The notes beneath the pieces were generated by a model. That model was not told where the DNA came from. It was given only the letters and a program-made list of their open reading frames with translations, and did no database searches. From positions 47,678,001 to 47,742,000 of the forward strand of contig OX597835.1 in NCBI GenBank assembly GCA_951406725.2: DNA of 64,000 nt. Direction: 5' to 3'. The DNA is from Octopus vulgaris (Eukaryota). Below, in pieces: positions 56,896-64,000 of this stretch; within the stretch, counting starts at the first letter, position 1, and every line of letters starts with the position of its first letter. Position numbers and translations under genes: made by a program.

Positions 56896-57864
56896 ACAAG
56901 GGAAAAAGAAAGAGAGAAAAGAAAAAAGAAAAGAAATAAAATATGCGAAGGAAAAAGAACGAAAAAACAGACAGAAAAGAAAGAAAAAAGTAGAAAGAAA
57001 AGGGAGTTGAAAGAAAAAAGAATGAAACAAACGATGGGGAAAAGATGAGAAAGAGAGAGACTAAACTGAGAAAGAGAGAGAGAGGGGGATGGAGAGAGAG
57101 TAGGAGAGACAGGGGTGGAGAGGGAGAGAGAGAGAGAGAGAGAGAGAGGGAACAAAAGGAAGCAGAAAGAAAGAATCAATGAAATGAACGAGGGGAACAA
57201 AAGGGAAATAATCGTAAGGAACAAATTGAAAGCAGAAAAAGAAAAAAAGAAAAAGAATGATACGAAATAAAAAACAACAGAAACAGAAAAGTAAAAAGCT
57301 GCGTAGAGAAAATGTTGCGCGTAAAATGAGAGTAGATTCGCCATTTTGTTCCATTGTCGTTGTTTGTAGATATTGTGAGTGCAACACATGTACTGTTGTG
57401 GTATTAGATTATTGACCAAGTTTTTATTCTTCAATCAACGTCTGCTAAATGCATAAGCCGGAGATTTTCTTCGTTTCTAAGGGTTCTTTTTTTTTTTCGG
57501 TAGGTGGGGGGCTGAGTGTTATATGTAAAAGAAAGGAAATTGGGGTGGTCTGCAGTGGTTTTGAGAAAGGGGTTTGAGGCAGGGTAGGGGTGTTGGGTTA
57601 GGTGGGTCAGAGACTGCAACTGTGGACAGTGACGCCATGGAGGCATTCTGACATTGACGGCTCGTTTTATTCGATGGTCTGCTCCGCTCCCTCCCTCCCC
57701 CACCGCTTCCAATCTGCGTCATCTCTTTGTGTGCGATCAGCATCACTGCCAAAGAACTAGGCGTACAATTAGACAAACAAACTCATACACATCCATACTC
57801 ACATGTGCACTTACACACGCTCAAATATGAGTGCATGTGTGTGTGCCTGCGGTGTGCGTCTCTC

Positions 57865-57898
<34 letters not shown>

Positions 57899-57904
57899 AC
57901 CATA

Positions 57905-58855
57905 TACAAAATAATAGAAACACCTAGCAGCATAGCATCATAATTTTGAAATATCTATGAAACTTTCAAAAGCTTCTTTATTTTTATGGGTTTTTAAAAA
58001 ATTTATTATTAGTGTTGCTTAATATGTTTTGCTAAAATTGCTGTTTCCTTTCAGATATCATCAGAAAAAGGTAATTAAAATTCATTAAAATGACAGATCT
58101 ATCGGACTTTCAAAGAAGTCAAATTGTTGGTGCTCGCATGGCAGGCGCTAGCGTAACGAAAACAGCCGAAATGTTTGGTGTATCAAGAAGTACTGCCACG
58201 AAAGTAATGACAGCCATTGAGAAAGAGGGAAAAACCTCGTCGTTGAAACAAAACTCCGGAAGAAAACCAAAACTTTCAGGTAGGGACCGTCGGACTCTGA
58301 CGCGAATTGTTAGAAACGATCGCAAAAGTACATTTCCCAAAATTACTGCAGAGCTTAATGACCACGTCGAGAGCCCAGTTTCCACAAAAAACTGTTCGCC
58401 GGGTGATGCACAAAGCCGGATTTCACGGGAGGGCTGAACTCAGAAAACCACTATTCTTTAATTCCAACATTTGTCTATGTGCTTGTGTGTGATGTATGTG
58501 TGTGTACGTGTGTTTGTTTGAATGCGTGTGTGTTTGTCCCCCATCACCGTGTGACAACAGGTGTTGGTATGTTTATATCCTTGAACAGTGGATCGGTAAA
58601 AGAACTTATAGAATAAGTACGAGGCTCATAAAACAGTAAGTACTGAGGTTGATTCGTTTAATTAGAAATTCATCAAGATGCTGCTCCAGTATGACCGCAG
58701 TCTAATGACTGAAGTAAGTAAAAGGTAAAAGATGTATATGAGCATAAGATTATACACATGAAAACAGAGATAGGTTATATGAATGAATGCTCATATATAT
58801 TGCTCACTAAGTATATCTATATTTCAATGTACATGTGTGTGTATTTGGGTGTGAG

Positions 58856-58903
<48 letters not shown>

Positions 58904-59462
58904 CACACACACGACGGGCTTCTTTCAGATTCGTCTACCAAATCCACTCTCATACATGTATGTATGTATATATATTTAGTAAATTCAAATATATAAAAGA
59001 AAAAGAAAAACCCACAGAATTGGTCCCTAGAGCAGTGGAAGAATGTTATTTTCTCGGTCGAGTGATCCTTTACCTTATTTCCGACCACCGGCCGAGTATA
59101 CGCCTGGTGACAGTCAAAAGAAGCATTTGACCCAGAATGCCTTCTTCCAGCTGTTAAACATGGAAGACGATCTGTGATGATCTGCGGGGCTATATCTTGG
59201 AAATCCGCCAGTCCAATGGTTTCCTTTCACGGCAGAATTACTAGTCAAGACTATTCAAGCATTTTATTTGATCAAATTCATCCTACATTTGCGGAACTGT
59301 TTCCGGAAGGAAACGCAATCTTTCACACAGATAAGGTTGTTACTGAACAGCTTCCCTGGCCACCACAGTCCCCAGATCTCAATATTATTGAACATTTATG
59401 GTGCATTTTAGAAAAAACAAGTAAGGAGCTGATTTCCTCCACCATCATCACTACAAGAACTG
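57905..59462 (+). mobile_element. Tc1-family transposon pseudogene interrupted at about 58459-58978
   Basis: MTDLSDFQRSQIVGARMAGASVTKTAEMFGVSRST...SGRKPKLS.RDRR (paired-like HTH, GRPK-like linker). It resumes with W..VIFS and then MICGAIS...WPPQSPDLNIIEHLW. Frameshifts and stops are present, and no right TIR was seen. Confidence 0.93.
58505..58733 (+). mobile_element. SINE family A, 3' half, nested in the Tc1 element; a 40-bp inverted A fragment lies at 58912-58952
   Basis: gtgtttgtccccc...gtgttggtatgttta...tagaataagtac...tgctccagtatgaccgcagtc...aagtaaaag. Confidence 0.8.
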
Positions 59463-59587
59463 CAAATTGAGACATTTATTGGATAGCCGTTGATTCTCAA
59501 GAGTTCCTCCGCCCTTTAATGTATATATATATACATACATACATATATATGTATATATATGGAAAGAGAGAGAGAGACATACATACA

Positions 59588-59892
59588 CGTGGCTTACTGG
59601 TTAGGGTACTCGGCTTGCGATCGTAAAGATGTGAGTTCAATACCCGGACGAGCGATTTGTCCTTGAGCAAGACACTATATTCCCCGTTGCTATACGTCAC
59701 TTAGCCAGGAAAACGGAGTTGCACTCGTAATGATACAAAGAATCGACCGTGTTGTTTTGCATCACGCTGAATCCCTCCGACGTTAAGGCTACGCTCGTTT
59801 GTGGAGTATTCAGACACTCGCACGTTAATATCACGAGTGTTGCGTGGATAAGATCAACGGGGACAGTCGTCATCGTCGTTGTCGGCGGGAGT
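59588..59892 (+). mobile_element. tRNA-headed CORE-like SINE with tail type Y
   Basis: tggcttactggttagg (A box), gagttcaatacc (B box), gtccttgagcaagacact (CORE-like). The tail tcacgctgaat...cgttaagg...tgtggagt...cacgttaat(a/t)tcacgag is shared with 54059-54200. Confidence 0.8.
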
Positions 59893-59964
59893 GGTGGTGA
59901 GGCCAGTGGATACACTCACATATATTTATGAATACGACTGCATGTGCATTATGATACATATGTA

Positions 59965-61138
59965 TTAGGTCACCAACTATGAAATTTGTAGAACAGGAAA
60001 AGAAAAGGTTGCTAATGTTTTATAAATACAAGGAATAGTTTTATTCATCAAAGTATGCAGCCATATTCTCAATACATTTTTGCCCTTTCAGTGGTAGCTT
60101 GTCCAACCCAGAACTGTAAAAGCCTGGCAATCTAGAGTCAATAAAATCTTGGAAGGACTGTTTTACAGCATCGCCGGAATTAGTATTTTTTCCAATCAAA
60201 ATTCTGGAAGAAGTGGTTAGGGCAAGATCAGGTGAATATGGTGAATGATGGAGAACTTCCAACTCCAATTCCTGTAATTTCGCCAATGTCATTTTTGCAA
60301 ATAAAATAGGAATGGATCTGTTGACTAATCTAGGCTGTTTTTTTTGTAAGTTTCTGCATCATTTGGTCCAGTTGGCTGCAGTATACTTCAGCCGAGATTG
60401 ATGAGCCAGGTTTAATGAAATCTTAATGGACCACACTTGCACCAGACCACCAAGCACACTCAAGGGTTCTTCTTTTGATGAATTTTGATTTCTGGACTGT
60501 GTTCTGGTGGCTCCTCTTTGTCCAACCATTGAGCTGAACGTTTATGGTTGTTTTATTGGACTCATTTCTCAACACATGTTACAATTCGATTCAAAAGTGA
60601 TTCATTTTTGTGACAAGAAAGTAGCATAATGCAGGCTTCCAAACGTTGCTGTTTCTGATTTCCGTCGAGTTCATGTGGAACTCACTTATCCAATTTTTTC
60701 ACTTTACCGATGGATTTGTCTCCACGGTGGCTTTCAGTTCGTCATTATCCACCTTTCTTTCTGGTCGACCGCGTTGCTCATTTGTGAGGTCAAAGTTACC
60801 AGAATGAAATTTTGCAAACCAATTTGAAACTGTCTGCTGTGTAATAAAATTAGAATGAAATGCTCCATTAGCATTCCGACCTGTCTGTGATGCTGTTTTT
60901 CCAAGAAAGAACTCATATTTCAAAACTGTATGAATTTCCAGTTTATCCATCCAACAAAAATAGCAAAAATCTATTTATAGATAAATTAGAAAGCGCAAAA
61001 TGATTTAGAATAAAGAAATAGATGTGTCAGCTTCCTAACAAAAAAATAAAGATTGTCAAAATATAATAATGGCGCAAAATGAGCAGCTGTCAAAGTTTAC
61101 CATATACGTTACTACAAATTTCATACTTGACGACGTAA
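59965..61138 (-). mobile_element. Near full-length mariner transposon with a pseudogenised transposase and both TIRs
   Basis: TIRs are ttaggtcaccaactatgaaatttgtag and rc ttacgtcgtcaagtatgaaatttgtag. It encodes MDKLEIHTVLKYEF..GKTA...TVSNWFAKFHSGNFDLTNEQRGRP and LELEVLHHSPYSPDLA, which are Hsmar1/Mos1-like motifs. Confidence 0.95.
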
Positions 61139-61140
61139 TT

Positions 61141-61548
61141 TAAGGCGGCGAGCTGGCAGAAACGTTAGCACGCCGGGCGAAATGCATAGCCGTATTTCGT
61201 CTGACATTACGTTCTGAGTTCAAATTCCGCCGAGGTCGACTCTACCATTCATCCTTTCGGGGTCGATAAATTAAGTACCAGTTACGCACTGGGGTCGAAG
61301 TAATCAACTTAATCCATTTGTTTGTCCTTGTTTGTCTCATCTGTGTTTAACCCCTTGTGGGTAGTAAAGAAATAGGTATTTCCCCTGCCGCTACGTTCTG
61401 AGTTCAAATTCCGCCGCGGTCGACTTTGCTTTTCCACCTTTCGGGTTCGATATATTAAGTATCAGTTACGTACTAGGGTCGGTCTGACCGACTGGTCCCC
61501 GACCCCGCAAAAATTTCGGGTCTTGTGCCTAGAGTAGAAAAGATTATT
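61141..61548 (+). mobile_element. SINE family B dimer with a LINE-like internal tail
   Basis: A full head unit is followed by the tail at 61309-61374, then a second unit from ggtatttc to cctagagtagaaaagattatt. Confidence 0.92.
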
Positions 61549-61889
61549 ACATATATGCATGTCTTTATATATGGATGTGTTTGTGTGTGTATACACGTAC
61601 TTACATAAATATGTGTGTATGTGTGGGGAGATTGTGAAAGCTAAAGTTATTTTAAAGCCAATTTTAAAAGATAATAACGGAACATTTACTGACCGGAGGT
61701 TGAAGAAGAGTCAGTTCGGGAGAAAGAGTAAAATTCATCAGAAAATCACGCGTTGAATGAGACTTCAAGTTTCACCAGAAGATGATTCTTTCTGTTTTGG
61801 TTAAATAAAAAACAAGTAAAAAAAAAACTGGTGGAGTAAAGTGTCTGGCGAGACTTGAAATCCGAGGCATTGGAATATCGCATCTTAAT

Positions 61890-62853
<964 letters not shown>

Positions 62854-62954
62854 ATTAGCGTTATTAGCAGTGCTAAGACAAGTAGTATTGTTAGTATTTA
62901 TTGTGGTTTTGTTTTTGATTAAGCCCCATCAGTTTGATCCCGAATGAAATATAC

Positions 62955-63068
62955 TTTCGTCTGCCGCTACGTTCTGAGTTCAAATTCCACCGAGGTTGAC
63001 TTTACCTTTCATCCTTTTAGGGTCGATGAATGAAGTACCAGCTGAGCCTTGTACCAACATTTGAAACA
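62955..63068 (+). mobile_element. SINE family B fragment
   Basis: ttcgtctgccgctacgttctgagttcaaattccaccgagg...gggtcgat...agtaccag. Confidence 0.85.
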
Positions 63069-63191
63069 ATAATAAAAACAACAAAAACAGCCGAAGCATA
63101 GAGATAGAGAGAAAGAGAGAAGGAGAAAGCGAGAGAGGGGTAGAGAGAGAGAGAGTGAGAGACAGAGAGAGAGAAAGGAAGAGAGAGAGAA

Positions 63192-63222
<31 letters not shown>

Positions 63223-63312
63223 AAGAGATTTGTTCGACTTGGTTGAGAGGGATTAATGAGAGGGATTAATGAGGCCGGAGGATTAAAGTTGATTACGCTG
63301 ACCTTAGCGTTC

Positions 63313-63672
63313 AACTGACATTTATTTTACTGACCCCGAAAGGATTAAAGGTAAAGTCGACTCCGCGAAATTTGAACTCATAACCTTGTAGGTGGACGAA
63401 ATGCTGCTAAGCGTTTAGTCCGGTGTGCTAACTGTTAGCCAGTTTCTCGCCATCTTCCTTTCAAATGTTAGCACACGGCCGGCAATTTCTAAGGTGGGTA
63501 GGTGGGTGGTAGTAAGTCGATGAAATCGACCCTAGTGCACAACTGGTACTCATTTTATCGACCCTGGAAGGGATGAAGGGCGAAATCGACTTTGAACACA
63601 CGGCGTAAAGACGGATGAAATGCCGCTAAGCATTTTGTCCGGCGTGTTAATGATTCTGCTAGCTCGCTGCCT
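63313..63672 (-). mobile_element. Two tandem SINE family B monomers (about 63313-63452 and 63460-63672)
   Basis: gaccccgaaaggattaaaggtaaagtcgac and gaaatgc(t/c)gctaagc...ccgg(t/c)gtg(c/t)taa are the reverse complement of the B head and core. Confidence 0.85.
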
Positions 63673-64000
63673 TATTCTCATGTTTAATTTTTAATACAGT
63701 TTTAATTATTGCTGTCTTGTACTTGTTGTTGTTGTAGTTGTTGCTAGATTGAAACACCTCCCCATCCCCGCCTTCACATCGTATTCCTCACCACCCACCC
63801 CCGATATATGTTCACGTATCATTTCTCTCTCAAGACAATCCTATTACACACCTTTGCTTCTGACACAATTGCGAAAAAGTTGCTAAAATTTTCATGTTCC
63901 GTCTGTCACTCCTCTCACCACCACCACCCATCACCTCAAAAACAATATCAACAACAAACCTATTTCTCTGTTCTCTTTCTTTCTCTCTCTCTCTCTCTCT

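Noticed and set aside
56474-57434. 318-aa F/L/S-rich ORF that looks like a membrane protein
   Set aside because: It is the antisense reading of a GA-rich polypurine tract and so a compositional artefact.

Overview
This window is eukaryotic, AT-rich, repeat-saturated non-coding DNA with no recognisable host protein-coding gene, rRNA, intact tRNA or CRISPR array. Nearly every long entry in the ORF track is a translation artefact of (TA)n, (CA)n, (TATC)n, (AAT)n, (ATC)n or (TTC)n microsatellites. The SINE content and microsatellite density look like a coleoid cephalopod, probably Octopus, but that is inference from memory and not a database hit. Supported content: (i) at least three tRNA-headed SINE families, called A, B and C here, with more than 20 copies; (ii) three mariner and one Tc1 transposase pseudogenes, two with both TIRs; (iii) Penelope-like element (PLE) remnants, including an N-terminal ORF piece with a 12-bp TSD and a GIY-YIG domain; (iv) 5'-truncated L1/Tx1-like and R4/Dong-like retroelements inside specific microsatellites; (v) an 87-bp candidate mini-Helitron; (vi) several short inverted repeats. 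Three signals deserve most attention. About seven minimal hammerhead-ribozyme-like motifs occur in short non-coding elements from several families. SINE-B dimers carry a LINE-like tail and have different junctions in different copies, which suggests repeated SINE-into-SINE insertion. Several retroelement families appear to partition microsatellite targets, (TAA)n versus (TATC)n. Coordinates were read by eye and may be off by a few bases.
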